Positions 12,875 through 26,400 of a stretch of DNA of 64,000 bases are shown here, piece after piece. Below the pieces are notes generated by a model, which made no database searches, was not told the DNA's origin, and saw only the letters and a list, made by a program, of their open reading frames with translations. Position 1 is the first letter of the stretch; each line of letters begins with the position of its first letter. The DNA is from Fimicolochytrium jonesii (lineage: Eukaryota), in the NCBI RefSeq assembly GCF_025526975.1, contig NW_026515684.1:372001-436000 (forward strand). The letters run 5' to 3'. The translations under genes were made by a program, and so were the position numbers.

Positions 12875-15058
12875 CTACAAACTGGCAAGCAGCCAGGTGC
12901 TGAACAGTATCGCCACCGGGATCGCAGCCGTGCATCGCGGCGACGATAAGACGCCATTGCGCTTCCGGAAATCCGTAACTAGAAAGCAACCGAAAAGACG
13001 AGTTAGTTGACCGGGGTATGATACTCGCAGCAGCTCACTCTCTTTCCATACTTTGCGGAGGACACACGGGAGCCACGGGGCTTGCGGGAGGAGTGACAGC
13101 CGCCGAAGCGGCACCCTGGATGGAGGCCGGAACGGTATAACAGGCTTGCGACACGCCGTGTGGGTCGGTGACTGTGAATATGGGACTTGTAGTGTTTGTC
13201 CATGGGTCGAGTGGCGCGCTTCCATTGTTGACTGGTGGCGCGATCGGGAAGCATTGGTATGCGGCGGCCGGGACGGTTGCTGTCGTGGCGTTGCTGGGAT
13301 TGCCGGCGGTTACGGGGTTGCTTGTGGGGAATCCGGCGGCTGAGACGCTGGGTTGGCCTGGCGAGCCATCGGTGGGTTGGCCGACAGGGGAGCCAGGGAT
13401 GGATTGATCGCCCGGAACGGGTGGCTGCTGTCCACCGTTCGTAACGATCTCGATGGGTATGTTCGGGACGCCGTTAGGGTTGGTTCCAGGAGCCGCGGGA
13501 TTTGCGGGTGTGGCGCCGCCGTTGGTCGGTCCGGGAGGCGTGGGAGGAGTAGATAACTTTTCAGGTTCATCCCTTGAGAAACAAATGGATGTCCAGGGGT
13601 TAGAGAAGTTGGATTCATTCTTCCATCCCCCGTTGGCAGAGAAGATGGAAGGCGTTTTGGGGAGCCCTATACAGACTCGATACTTACAACGGCGGCAAAT
13701 CACCTTCGCAGAGTCCAGGGTCTCCGGGGACGAATTGAGCACACATCTCTGGTGCCGGTATTACGTTCTGACCTGACGCAAAATCTATAGGTTCTTCGGA
13801 ACCGGGCATCTTGTCGCAATGACCAGCTCCTACAACCGTAGGATCTGGAGCGTGAACCGTGCAGTCACCAAGATTCCCATGTATGGTTCCGCTGTACGAG
13901 ACCGAGGTCACTTTACACTTTTTGAAAGCGTCTTCCATACGGGAGCCTGGATCCCTCTTGCTTCGGTACGAGCAGCCAGAACCGGCGGTATTGTCGAAGT
14001 AGATGAATTGGTTGCCGATGTCGGAGAGGTTCAGAGTGTAGGGATTGAAGAGGTAACCGGGAGTGAGGGGTGCCGACCAAAACTCATGACACCTGATGTG
14101 GTGGGCGTGCAGCTTAGGAACAATCGGACAAAGGTAGGTAGTGGCATGGAGCTTCTGACTCACCTCAGGCAGTTCTTCACAAACACACTCTTTTTCGCCT
14201 TCCGAGCGATGCAGTCATTGCATGTGGCCGTGATGGGCCAGTTGAAGCATTGAGTAACTAAAGTTTTTCCTGTAGCGAGGCGAGCTTTCCTGTCTGAATT
14301 GAGCAATGCACAGTACTCGTTGTCAATGGGACCTCCGGTGAGGTTTGCAGTCGCGGGTGGCAGACAACTATCACTACAATATGTTTTCTGCATCGTGTAC
14401 TATGACAAAGAATACGATGGTGAGTGAAAGTGCAACCAGGAGATGGTGCTGCAGAAGAAGTGTCCATGAACACGATGGTAGGGAATACAGCAAAAGATCG
14501 TACCCCACAACTCCCACACAAAGTGTCATCAAGCAGCCACTTATTTGTTGAGCCTTCGGTCGAAATGTTGTTGAATGCATGTAGCAAGTTCTTGTCCTCT
14601 GAGGGGGCAACATATGCAATGGCAGACCTTAGATGCTCGAAACCTTGCGGTTCGATTTTGTCGCTGTAGCGCCATAGCCATAACAACCAGAGATCCCAAC
14701 GGTTCCCGGGCAATGTTTCGCCCCGCATGGCCGGCAGGAGATCATTGGGCAATTGATCGTACTTTGTTTGACCGTCAGAAGAAATGAAAGGGTTGCCGTT
14801 ATTCCAGAAAGTGATGTTGACGGTCGGCACGAAATATCCGCTCCCGTTTGAGGTCAAGAAGGGACTCAGAAGGTCCTCGGGTTGTTGGGAAGGCATTGGC
14901 GCAGACGACGGGAGTGTCAACGGTTCTGAAGAGGTCGTGGAAGCCGCGACATCCCGAGGGGCGGAAGCGCCGGAGGCAGGCGAGGCGGTGACCAGCAGCA
15001 GAGAGGTGGCGAGGATCAGAGTTGCAGCTGCCCAACGCCATAAACGAGGAAGAGACAT
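12875..15058 (-). CDS. Orphan secreted, Cys-rich, Pro/Thr/Ser-rich, probably GPI-anchored surface protein, spliced
   Basis: Signal peptide MSLPRLWRWAAATLILATSLLLVTA. Cys-rich middle exons and a P/T/G-rich stalk. A phase-1 intron (donor gtatgg ~13051, acceptor ctag ~12979) gives the tail NGVLSSPRCTAAIPVAILFSTWLLASL*, which is GPI-signal-like. Confidence 0.72.
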
Positions 15059-16301
15059 CGCGTGTATCTATGTCGTTCTTCAGACGTGAGACGGAAGATG
15101 AAGACGACTGCTAGCAGTGCGAAGAGGATATCGATACCAGGTCTAGCCGAAGTCTGGAGGGAAGCAGGGCCGGCGCCTTCGTTCATTCTTTTTATCCCTC
15201 TTCATCCTACTGACTCCTGAGGGACCTCCTCCACGTTCAGACTCTAGAGTCCTCCTTTTTTTCCTTTGAATTCTCATCCTTCATGGGAGGCGTCAAAAAC
15301 GGCACACCCCTGCTCTTCCTTCTCGCTTATCAGATTCCGGAGGTCGTCCTCCGTTCCCATCATCCATGGCTCGTTGGAGACATACAAAACTTACAATGGA
15401 CTGCCGGGGCTACCCGCGGCCAAAATTAGAGCGCAAATGCAATCCCGTTGAAAATTAACGGCACCCGACCCGTTGGGCACGCGTTTGCGCGCCTTCGGCC
15501 CAAGCGGCTCAAGTCCACATACCGCCGGTAACAGCCACAGTTCGACCTTCGGCCGTGGTAGTAGGAACTTCGAGCACCCGTCATTGAAACCGTCGACACT
15601 GCACAGCAACCATTTGTCCTTCTTAACAACCCAAAAGCACATGATGACTGCCAACCACCGCCGATGTCATCTAGCTCGCGGTAGGGCCCACGCACTCGGC
15701 CTCTGAAGTGCGTGGGCTGGTCTACGAACGTTGTCTTTCGGAACATGCCCTGGGCCCATGGAATCAAGGGGTTTCCCAGACGAAATTCATACTTCTGTCG
15801 TGTACTTCTTGATTGAATGAGTTCATTAGATTCTGGTGTCCAAACTTACCCCAGCGGAAGCTTGCGCCCTGACTCCATCTTAAGTCGAGCCTAGGGCTCC
15901 GAGGGGCATGCGAGTGCGTCTCTTACCAAGTTAATGTTAGAATAAACGTTGTTGAAGAACAAGATAAAGGAAAGTACTTGATGGGACTGGTATGTATGCC
16001 ACATGGATTTGCAAACAACAGCACAGAATCTTGGGAAACAACTGGCTTCTACTCTCTTACAACATTACACGCCTAGAGCGGAAATCTCAAAAAGCCCAAA
16101 CAGTGTTAGTACAATAAAATAGCACCGGTTTACAGGGTCCACTCCATCCACACCGTAGAGATCGAACCGAGGATGCGTAGCGAATGGCCTTCCAAATGCA
16201 GTGATGAAGTTTCAACTGTCGGTTACTATCCCGAATAGATATATGGCTGCCGCACCCTGCACTTGGATGCCTCCACATCGTTCGATCGCTTGACTGCAAC
16301 G

Positions 16302-16933
16302 TGCATAACGTAAGGATAACATATCCTACGCGTCGAAAACATATCAGCGGCGACCGGACCTATAAGATCACCGGCTGTCTTTTCTTCTCAAGAGGTCACG
16401 CCCACCAAGAGCGCACAGAACCTGTCAAGACTCTACTTCCTTGCGGTGCTCAGCAGGCGGTGGATCGAGTTTCTGATGGGTATCTTTTGCACCGCGCCTG
16501 TTATGATCTCGACGATGGAGGCGGAAGCGAAGAAGAGAAGTCAGAGCGAGAGTGATAGGCGACAAGAGATTGTATTGGCGAAACAAGAAACAAGGACTAG
16601 AACAGGAGATGAGAAGAACTGGTGTTGATCTGCTGGGGAGGAAGGAAATGGCCGAAGAGGGGGCGGCTATTTATAGATAAACAACCCAGCAGAGCGAAGA
16701 ACAACATCAAGAGGGGGCTGGGTAAGCGCCAGCTATGCTACCTAGCCTAGAGCGGTCATGGCGAGCGTAGAGAGCATTGCTACAGCTGCTGGCTGTGGAG
16801 AAGTATTGGGGGTTGACAAATGGCCGAAAATTGAGAAGAGTTGCGGGCCAGAAAAGGGGCAAGTTCTCCAAGAGATGGGTACAAGACTAAGCTGACTAAC
16901 ACTATCTAATGACTATGAACGGTAACTGATACA
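16302..16933 (-). mobile_element. Possible solo LTR
   Basis: ~630-bp non-coding segment with TG..CA ends, TATAAATA on the minus strand at ~16668-16675, a pyrimidine-rich tract and an AATACA downstream. No target-site duplication found. Confidence 0.35.
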
Positions 16934-16960
16934 TCGTCGGCTACACTGCTTCTTCCTCTT

Positions 16961-17790
16961 CTAACAGTATTCCTCCGCTCGAGACGATGTTCGCGTGGCT
17001 CCGCACAATACGATGGTCAGGTCGCAAGTGCCTCTCTGATACTCTTCGGCGTCTGGGTCGCGTGCCCAGGAGTATCCCGTCCATCGTCGTGTAATGGGCC
17101 GGCGCGCGGTGACAACAGCGAGAACGTAAACCTTCACTCTGCCCTGGATGGATATCGCGCGTATCATTGCCAGTATTGCGCTAGGCGGAGCGTAGATTTC
17201 ACTGTTCCCAAGCCAGCCTTGTAGATATTCTCGTCATTGTCCGCCGCGAGCCTGTCCCCTGTATCCAGCAATCTCCACATTGCGTCCGAATGAAAACGCC
17301 GATGCTGCTTGACCTCAGCAAACAACGTGCGGGAAAATCTTGGTGGTCGTCCAGTTCGCTCGTTGACATCGTTGTCGACACGGACTCTCATGACGTCCAA
17401 CCATAGCTCCAGAGTAATGGGTTCGTTCAACGCCCAGTAGATCAAAGTGCTCCCAAGCGGCACATGAAACTTATGCCCGGCGATTTCAAGTAAAAGGCCC
17501 GCCGACATTCGGCTGCTGCACAACGGGACATACGACCTGGGCTTTTGCGCCGCAAGCAAGGCAATTGGTGCCCAAGATCAGAGACAAGAAGCGACTGTAG
17601 GGCGCCTCGAAGAATGTCGGCAGGATGGGGATGAGGACAGCAGTTACCCAATACACCTAACGGCGCGGCCGGTTCACACGCAATGAGACTGAAAGAGCCT
17701 TTAGAGGATTGGGCGAGACCAGCGCATGCCTCGACGGACAGCAAAGACGCGATATCAAGCCACACATGAAGGACTGACGAACCCCTGGTT
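16961..17790 (-). pseudogene. Frameshifted gene relic with an F-box-like start
   Basis: LHVWLDIASLLSVEACAGLAQSSK resembles an F-box. Protein-like sequence continues across three overlapping frames (17442-17765, 17164-17559, 16961-17167). Confidence 0.3.
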
Positions 17791-18427
17791 CCATTTCTTG
17801 AGCATATCCTTCCACGTTTTCATGGTCACGACCGCGAGCACCATGTCCGTGACTTTTTCCTCTGAGATGTACTCGACTTGAGGTGTCCGAGCCGCCCGTA
17901 TCGATGAATCCGTCTTTTGATAAAAAGCCACCGGCCGTGGATTTATGAAGGTGCGAGACAGGATCTGTAGGGGTTAAGAGAAACAGCGGTTCAAAGCGAC
18001 TGTGATAACGGCGAGAGGGTAAGAACGAGAAAGTGAAAAACGACGACGAAAGAGTTGAACCGACCTCTTCAGCCAGGGTTGCTTGCCTGGTGGGGTGTCG
18101 ATACCTCGTGCTTGACCAAGAATATAAGCTGCAAACTATACTTTGCAACGAAGCCTGTGCGCAGTGCGTCTGCTTGAGGTTGGGGTTTGTAAGGTCCTCT
18201 CGAACCAGAAACCTGCGAAAAAGGTGTGGGAGGGAAAGGAACGTCACACTTCCCGTGTGCTTTTAGTGCTGACGTAGGCATTTCACGCGTTTTCCCGATG
18301 CCAACTTCTCCTTGTGGTCTTTCTCGGCATATGGGTGATCTAGATCTGGACATCCAGTGCAAGGCAAGACGGATGGCCATCATATCTTCATAAAGCACTC
18401 ACTTACTCTTTCACTCACTGAGCTGCA

Positions 18428-20806
18428 ATGTCACGCAACAGCGAAGCCGAATCAACCCGTATCTACGTCCCCCTAGACGACCTCGAAGCCCGTCTCACCG
18501 AAGAAGCCCGCGAGCAGGAAGACGAGATCGGCGACATCACAGAACTCGCCCGTGAGCACCGCCCTCCATTTCAATCCAACCCGCACCACAGCGCGTGGGG
18601 TTCACAGCCAAGCAATGCACCCGGAACACCGACAGGCCTGTATGCGTTCAGACAGCGAATATCGCACGGGCTGCGGAATTTGAGCGCGAGACCGAGCACG
18701 AGCAGTTTGCTGGATACGATGCTGTTGCGGAACGCGAGCGTGAGCAGGAGTTCGAGTTTCTCGCAGAGCGGGTACTTCCCGCATCCCGCTCATGCGCCAT
18801 CGTTTGCGCGGCTGCCGATACCCTGGTCGTCTACTGGCGCGCCGCGGGATAGTCGGGAGGCGGATATGTTGCTTGGTTTAGCATTAGCGCTGTCAAGCTA
18901 CGGCGCTCCATTATACAGAGTGGAGCACCGCATCGCAAAAGCGGCCGAAGATCTAAGCCTACCCGTCTCAGTATTCTGCCTCCCGTCAACAATCATGGTT
19001 GCGATCGGCGACGGATCAGCCCGACATCCCTGCCGCGTACAGTACCTCTCCTACTCCTATGGCGTGAACGTCGGCAAACTCCACCAAGTCGACCGTCTAG
19101 CGCGCCGCGTCTCCGCCCTCCGCAAAGCCCTCAAAACCGACGAGAAGCGCCGCGCGTCGGCAGCTACCACCACGCCGAGCGTCCAGCAGAGTCGGCGGAT
19201 CCTCGAAAGCCCTGATAGCACCAATTCCGTGCCGTCTTCCCCACCACCCGTCCCACAAGACACCACAACGACCCAACAACAACAAGAAAAACACAATGAC
19301 GGAACAATCGACGACTGCCTCACCGACCTCCAAACCATCACCTCCGACACCGACTACTCCTGGCCTGTCCGCCACTTCGCCGGCGCCATGCAATCGGGTG
19401 TCATCGCCGTGTTGCTGTTCAGGGGGACATGGGCCGACGGGCTCGCCGCTTTCTTCCTCGGGGGTGTCACCTCCCTCTGTCTGCGATTATCGAACTTTTT
19501 GGGATTGGAGGGAGCTGTGGAGCTGCTGACGAGTATCGCGATAGCGTGTCTGGCGCGGTTCATGGAGATATTCGCGTTCTGGGATGGGTTGTCGGGGACG
19601 GGGCTGGGGTTGTGTCATGAGGTGGTGTCGCTTGCGGGGGTCTGTGCGTTGTTGCCGGGGACTGCTATGTGAGTCTGAATTAAACTGTTATCTCTGAGAG
19701 ATTAGATGATTAGCTCTTAACTTACATCGCCAGCACACTAGGCATGCTCGAACTCGGGAGCACTAACCCTGTCGCTGGGAGTGTGAGGATGTTTCAGGCT
19801 TTTGTTCGGGCGCTCAAACTCGGGTACGGTGAAAGGTCCAGTATCAGTTAGTCCGAACACATACTAAACATCATTGATTGAATCAACAGGTACGGCCTAA
19901 CCCTCGGCTCCCGCCTAGCCATCCACCTCATGCAACTCTTCACCGACTACGACGGCTCTAACCCGGACGCGTGCCCGGTCGCGGGCGCGCCGATGGATGT
20001 GTGGCGGTTGCCGCTGTGGATTCCCGTAAGACATTACACACCGTTCTTCCGTTTAAAAGTGGTCGTCTTGATTGAAGTGGAAATGATTTCGTTTTTTGGC
20101 AGATGAACCTATCAATCATGATAAACCTCCGCGCCTTCCCCTGGCAATGGTGGCACATGTCCCTGACATCGCTGACTGGGTTCTGCGTCAATTTGTTGGC
20201 TAGCATGTGGTTCAACAGCGTACGTATCCTCTCTTCGAAAGTCATTTCTCCTTCGTGCATTAAGCTGACATTTGCTCGTGTGGATGATAGGATATAACAG
20301 CGGGAATAGCAGCCTTCTCGATTGGGTTACTGGGCAACCTGTACGCGAGGCAGACGGATGACGTCGCTATTGGCGCTATCCTCGCCGGTAAACCACCACA
20401 GTACCCTACCATCATCTTGCGGACTCTGATGACTGATTTATATTTTGTTTGTAGGAATAGCATGGCTAGTCCCCGGCGGAATCGGCGTCCGCGGCGCGAT
20501 CGCTGCCATCGCGAAGGATGCGACGAGTAGCGGGACTGCGTTTGGGATTGAGTGAGTTTCTCTTTCCTTTCGCTATGTTCGCCTTCTTACGTTGGCGGGG
20601 GGCTAACGCTTGCTGTCTCGCAGTATGATAACACGAGCAATGTCCATCGCTGTCGGGATCTAGTGAGTCTCCACTCGCACCCACCATTTACCGCTGAATC
20701 TGACGACCCTTTCATTCTTCGCAGCATGGCAAACGTTATAGCCTTCCCCATCACGATCGACTCGCAGCTCCGGGACGCACTGACGGATAATATCATGACG
20801 ATGTAG
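18428..20806 (+). CDS. ThrE-family threonine/serine exporter-like membrane protein (Prm10-like), spliced
   Basis: LALALSSYGAPLYRVEHRI, VFCLPSTIMVAIGD, VNVGKLHQVDRLARRV, multiple TM helices, LLPG..LGMLEL..VAGSVRM, LVPGGIGVRG. Confidence 0.88.
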
Positions 20807-21549
20807 ATATGTGTAGTGCAGTGGGTGGTGGGACGGTACATACCCGTGGGTGCGCGATACCTCGACTCCTTTTAGGTGAATGCGGATTTTTGGATTACCG
20901 CGGTTCGGGGACGTATCGAGGATGGTGGGATCACGCCCGCGCAGGGGCATGGAAGCGTCCGTCTTTTTGTAACTGTAACTTATACTGAGGAAATGTGCAT
21001 AGGTAGACTGTTCTTGTTCTTGGGACTCATGATGTGATGGAGGGAAGGACATTTGCTCCCTCTTTTGAGCTAAAACAACATACACGAAAGAAGCTGCTGC
21101 TCTTTGTGCTTTGCGTTATATGTTTTTGTTTCCGTGTATTCACATGTACAATTACAAAACGGTAACCCTATACGTATCTCGCCTTCACAATACCGGCATG
21201 AAACAGCCCGGGGATAAAAGACAGAGCACGAGCCCAAAAACGCGACAAAGGCAAAGCACAGAAGCTTGTGATGGATGAAAGGCGGAAGATGAACAGGGGA
21301 AGGTGATGAAGTCCGGTAGTGTCTTTCCCACGGGTTGAAAGTGGTGTAGTTGTGCGAGTAGCGATGTGGGTTGCGAGGGGTCATGCGGAGAACCGACACC
21401 GTGTGCTTGTTCCGTTCGTAGTTCTGTTGGGGATCCGCCCTTCATCCTTTTTTCCTTCTTTCCTTGAATCCATCACTTCTCCCTATTCTCCCTTTCTTCA
21501 GTCGCCCAGTACCTCCACCTCATACCCCTCGCGTCAAATCCTCCACCCC

Positions 21550-22782
21550 TCACAAAGACGGCACAATCATAACCTGCACAACCGACCCCTCCCCCAACTC
21601 CAAACCCTTAACACTCGCCCCATCCTCCAACAACCTCCCCAAATAGAAAAACTTCAGTTTCGGCGGTTTGCCCGGTTTCCCTCCTTTCGCTGTTGTCGTA
21701 CTCGATTCCTCACCAACAACCCCCGCAACCATCGCCCGCATATCCCTCACAGTCGTCGCCGCCGTCGTTTGCAGCTTGACGTCTTTACCCGTGCTGAGAC
21801 GCGCGGTGAGGGTGAGTGTTGGCGCGGTGGGGTCGAGTGCGGGCGGTTGGTGAGGCGGATGTGGGGATGTGGTGGAGCTGCGTTTGGAAGATTTGGAGAG
21901 TCGTTTGCCTTTTATGTCTGATGCGCCGCTGGTGCCTGTTATCCCGCCGTCGGTGATAGTTGCGCCATCCGCGCCTTCTCCATCATCATCGTCAGCGTGA
22001 TCCCCCTCGGCATCTTCGTCCCGTTCCGGCGGTAATAAACCCCTCACACGGGTCGGATCCACGATACAAAACGCCGGGATGGTGTACATATTCCCTCGCT
22101 CATCATAACACCCGTCCGTCAGGCGGCCAGTGGGGACGGTCATGTTGGCGCTGTCGACGATAGCCTGCGCGAGTTCGAGGGTGGGTGCTTCGCAGGCGGC
22201 GCGTAGGGCTTGCCAGACTTGAGCGAGCCCGGAGTAGCTTGGCATCGTATCCCAGAACTCGTCGCGTTTGCGGAGGAATTGGCGGAGCGTCATGGGTGTG
22301 TCGGGCTTGTAATCGAGTTGGCTACGCGGGAGCAGCGGACGGTTGCCGCCTGGAAACATGGGGAGTAAGGGAGAGGGTCAGGAGAACGGAATCTAAGTTC
22401 GGATACATGACCATCGGGGTATGTAATCCATGGAGTGAAATGAGAACTGTTGGGCATAGGATAGAAATGACATCCTTCTCGCTTCGTTCCGACGAGACGT
22501 TGAGCTGCCGTTGGCGTCGCTTCGCTCTCAAGAACATCCAACGCTGCTTGAGAACAACTCGCTCGGCTCGCGAAGGAGTTCGCCTGGTCCAGCCTCCTGC
22601 GACGCTTGCCTCACCGCTCTCGCTATCGGTCACTCCCTCTCTCGCAGTGTACACTCACCAGTAGGCACAGGCGACGCCGCATTCTGGTCATTTCCCACCG
22701 CGCCACCCTGCTGAACTCTCCTCGGACTACTACTTCTCTCCTCATTTGCACCACTATCGTGGCTGGAGATGCAGCCGCCCAT
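21550..22782 (-). CDS. Ubiquitin domain-containing protein (UBTD1/UBTD2, DC-UbP family)
   Basis: MGGC N-terminus (myristoylation-like). KRDEFWDTMPSYSG..WQALRAA and TDGCYDERGNMYTIPAFC. C-terminal Ubl KFFYLGRLLED..VVQVMI. Intron 22350-22658. Confidence 0.9.
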
Positions 22783-23444
22783 GGTCGTCGTTCGTTCCCT
22801 AAGTTCCGTAGCCCACGCTAGACAGTATCTCCAACCCTATGTGCAGATGGGTTCGGGGCGGAATTCCTCCGCACACACACGTTATTGGCTCAAGCTCCGG
22901 TGCGGAGAGCGAATGATTGCTGAAAAGGGGTGAAAACAGTCACTCGTTGCTTTGCTCAACAGCGGGGGAAGATTGGCCCGAGTGTGGCCGATGTGGTGTC
23001 CAGACGCAGACGCAGTAGCTATACGGAGTTTGAGAGCAGCGCTCCGACGAGCTTGCAGTTGGCGGGCGTAATACCGGGGGCGGACGACGGTGCGTGGTTG
23101 TTTGTTTCCCCTGCTGAAGTTCTGTTCCGGGGTTGGACGCAAAAAAGGGGGGGGGGATGTTTGTCACCTCCGCTCCCGTCGACGCGTCCTTTATGGAGGG
23201 GAGACTGCAGCCCCCACATAGGCGGCTTCGTTCGTGCATATCACAGATGTCCCCACTGCACAGACAGACCTGCTAGTACACACTGGTCACACAATCCAAG
23301 CACCTCATTGCTTCCTTCTTTTGTCTTTACGCCATATTTGCTAATACAAGCTACGCAACAAGCCGTGAGAAAGGAAAGTGCACACCACTTTCTCCTGCTC
23401 TTAGAGGTATCCATCACATTGGCATCGCCCCACACCCCGCAGTC

Positions 23445-26400
23445 CTACAACTTCCGCTTGCCCAACATATTCAACTTCTTGCTCAGCCGCTGATGCACGT
23501 TCGCCGGTTTCTTCTTTTCTTTCGCCGCGATTTGCGAGGACGACTGTGGTTGCTGTGGTTGCTGTTGTTGCAGAGGGACTAGTTGTTGCGATTGTGATGG
23601 TATTTGTGTTGGATCCTGCGACTGTGACGATTCCTGCTGTTGCGAGTACATCGCCATTTGTTGACGTTGCAGGACCGCTTGCAGGGATGTCAGGGGGACT
23701 GTAGGTGCGGGTGGGGCGAATTGTTGGTGTTGCTGCGATTGCTGCTGTGGAGGCGGCGGCGGCGGCGGCTGCAATTGTACGTGATGACCATTCTGCGGTT
23801 GCTGTTGTGGCACCACCTGCTGCTGCGGAATCGACGACAACAATGGTTGCGTTTGTCCTTGCCCCAGTTGCCCCAACTGACTCAACAGCGCAGAGGAAGC
23901 CGCATCAAAATGCATCTGCTGCTGCTGGAATTGCTCCAGGTGGTTCGCGAGCAGTAGCGGCTGTTCGTGCGGGTGATACACGGGAAACGCCAGCTCTTGG
24001 TGGGGTGGTAGTTGTGCTTGCTGCTGCACGAGGTACGGACCACCGCTCGCCATCGCATCCGGTGCAAAAGCTCCCATTATCGGAAACGGAATCATCGTCG
24101 ACGATGAGGGCGCAGGGGCCATACAACCCAGGAAGGGCGGTAACGACGCCGCGTTGTTCGGCGCAGACGCTTCCCCACCACCAACGTTCGGTGCAAACGC
24201 CCAGTACGGGAACGGTAGGGCCGCTGACGTCGATGCCGACGCGCTGCGAGGAGGTGGAGGCGGGATCGGATCTGGCACAAAGAGCGGATTTGGTGCCGAT
24301 GCCGATGCCGGTGCGGGTGGTATATAGGACGTCGGGGCAGCCCCTGGCAGAGGCATCAAGAACGGTGGTAGGCCCGACATGAGGTTGCCGGATGGTGACG
24401 ACCCGTTCATGTTTGACGGTTTGAAAGCCGGCCGTTGCTGAGGTGCTGCTGCTAGTGGCTGAAATTGAAGTGTGTTTGGGGATTGCCGCTGCTGTGCTGA
24501 AGTTGCTGCTACAGATTTAAATTGCGGGAGTTTCGTCGATGCCGCGGTGGGAGCGCGAGGCGTAGTTGAAGTTACTACAGGTGCAGTCTGCGGCTCGCCC
24601 GGTGCTTGTCCCAAACCCAAAGGCTGAGCAGCGGATCCTCCAGGAACATGTCTCGCTGGAACATTCAGCGGTTGATGCGGCGCATGCCCCGTAACCCACG
24701 CGGGCGCATCAGACGGCAGCTGTGGCGTAAACGCAATCTTCACTCCAATCTCTTTGGACTCCTGCCGTGCCCCGGACGCCACGGATCCACCTCGCACGGT
24801 TGCCGTCGCGGGAAGGGTGGCTGAGGCTACCCTGTCTTTTTCCTTCCCGGACGCGACCGCTTCCTCGGTCTTTTGTTGAGGGTCTACCGGGTGGGGCAGA
24901 GGTGAAGCTGAGGACGCACCTCGACCCTGCAGAGAAGTTTTTAGGGCGTTACCTGCCATTGGCGGGTCGGGAGTGGCAGCCGCTGCAGCTGCTGCTGTCG
25001 AGCTCTTTTTCCGTCGCTTCGCAGGCGCTGCTACCGTTGCCGGTGGTGTGCCCCCTACTGATTTGTCCTCCGCCGCCATCGACGTCTTCTCCACATCAGC
25101 CTCGAGTTTCCGTTTCCTCGTCGTCATCGGCCTCTTCTTCTTGAACTTTCCCGGTATATACGCGTGAGCGTCCTCATCGGCGCTATCCGTGGTATTCCCT
25201 CCATACATGTCCTCACTGTCCTCATCATCGTCGGACCCATCGTCCCAATCTGACGAATCGTCCGCATCGTCCAGTGGCCCACCTCCACCGTTCTTTTCGC
25301 CGTCGTCTGAATCCTCGCTGTCCGAGATCGGCTGGGCTAGTTCTAGTAATGTGGTAGGTACTCCACTCGGCGTGGGCACATCCATGTCTTGCTGCTCGGT
25401 GGAAGCAGGAGGTTTCTGATCAACCTCACCACCACCACTCACGACGACGCTAGACGTTTCCGATGAGGCGTGCGAAGGAGTGTCGACCCGCGACATTGGA
25501 ATAAGGTCCTTTCCTTCCACCCTCTTGCTGCGTGCCCTGTTCATGTGTTGCGTAAACTTCCTGAGCAAATTGTCGATGTTTTTCAGACCCTTGGGCACAC
25601 TACGCTTCAAGTTTCTCCGATCTTCCGCTTTGGTCGTACCTGTGCGCGGAAAGAAGCTCGTAAGTAAAAGCACCTCTGACTCACAACCTGGCATAGAATG
25701 GCCGGCACGCACCACCGTGGATCTTCTCACTTATCCCTTTCAGGAATGTCAACAGAGCGTCCAATCCTTTTACCTCCCACGGAGACAGGACCTCCAGCGC
25801 ATCTACAATGATACCGTGTGTCAATGAACTGACTCAAATTCCTTACTTCAAACGAAGTCCAGGGAACTCACTCTTCACTATCTTCATGTACTTGCGAGCA
25901 GCATACCTGGACGGACGTCAGATCAGAAACCCACTGATCGAAAACACCGCTCAGGCGCGACTTACCATTGCATCATCTCAAAGTACGGATACCTGAGCCA
26001 GGCAGAGTGTGAGCATCCGCAAATGCTACGGCGCTCCTGACAGCCCGCACATACCTGAATTTGGCAGGAACATTGGTCCGCTTCTCGATCTCATAGATGT
26101 TGAGTTGCCCATCGATATTGAGTCCATGCAGAAAGTTCCCCCCAATGACAATCGAATCTTCAGGCGTGTATACTGCGTGAATCCAGCCCGTAGGGATCAT
26201 CATCGTGTTCCCAGCCTTCAAGTGGACTTCGATCGCTCCGTCTCGTATGTCATCTGCCAGGAATGTGTGCCCTTGATCTGGCGAGGATGACCATTTCTCG
26301 TACTTTTTGAGATTTGTTGACGTTGGTGGGATGAAGTAGAACACCTTCTCGCCGGAAAGCAGGTGGTAGAATACGGATGAGCCGCCGAAATCTATGTGGA

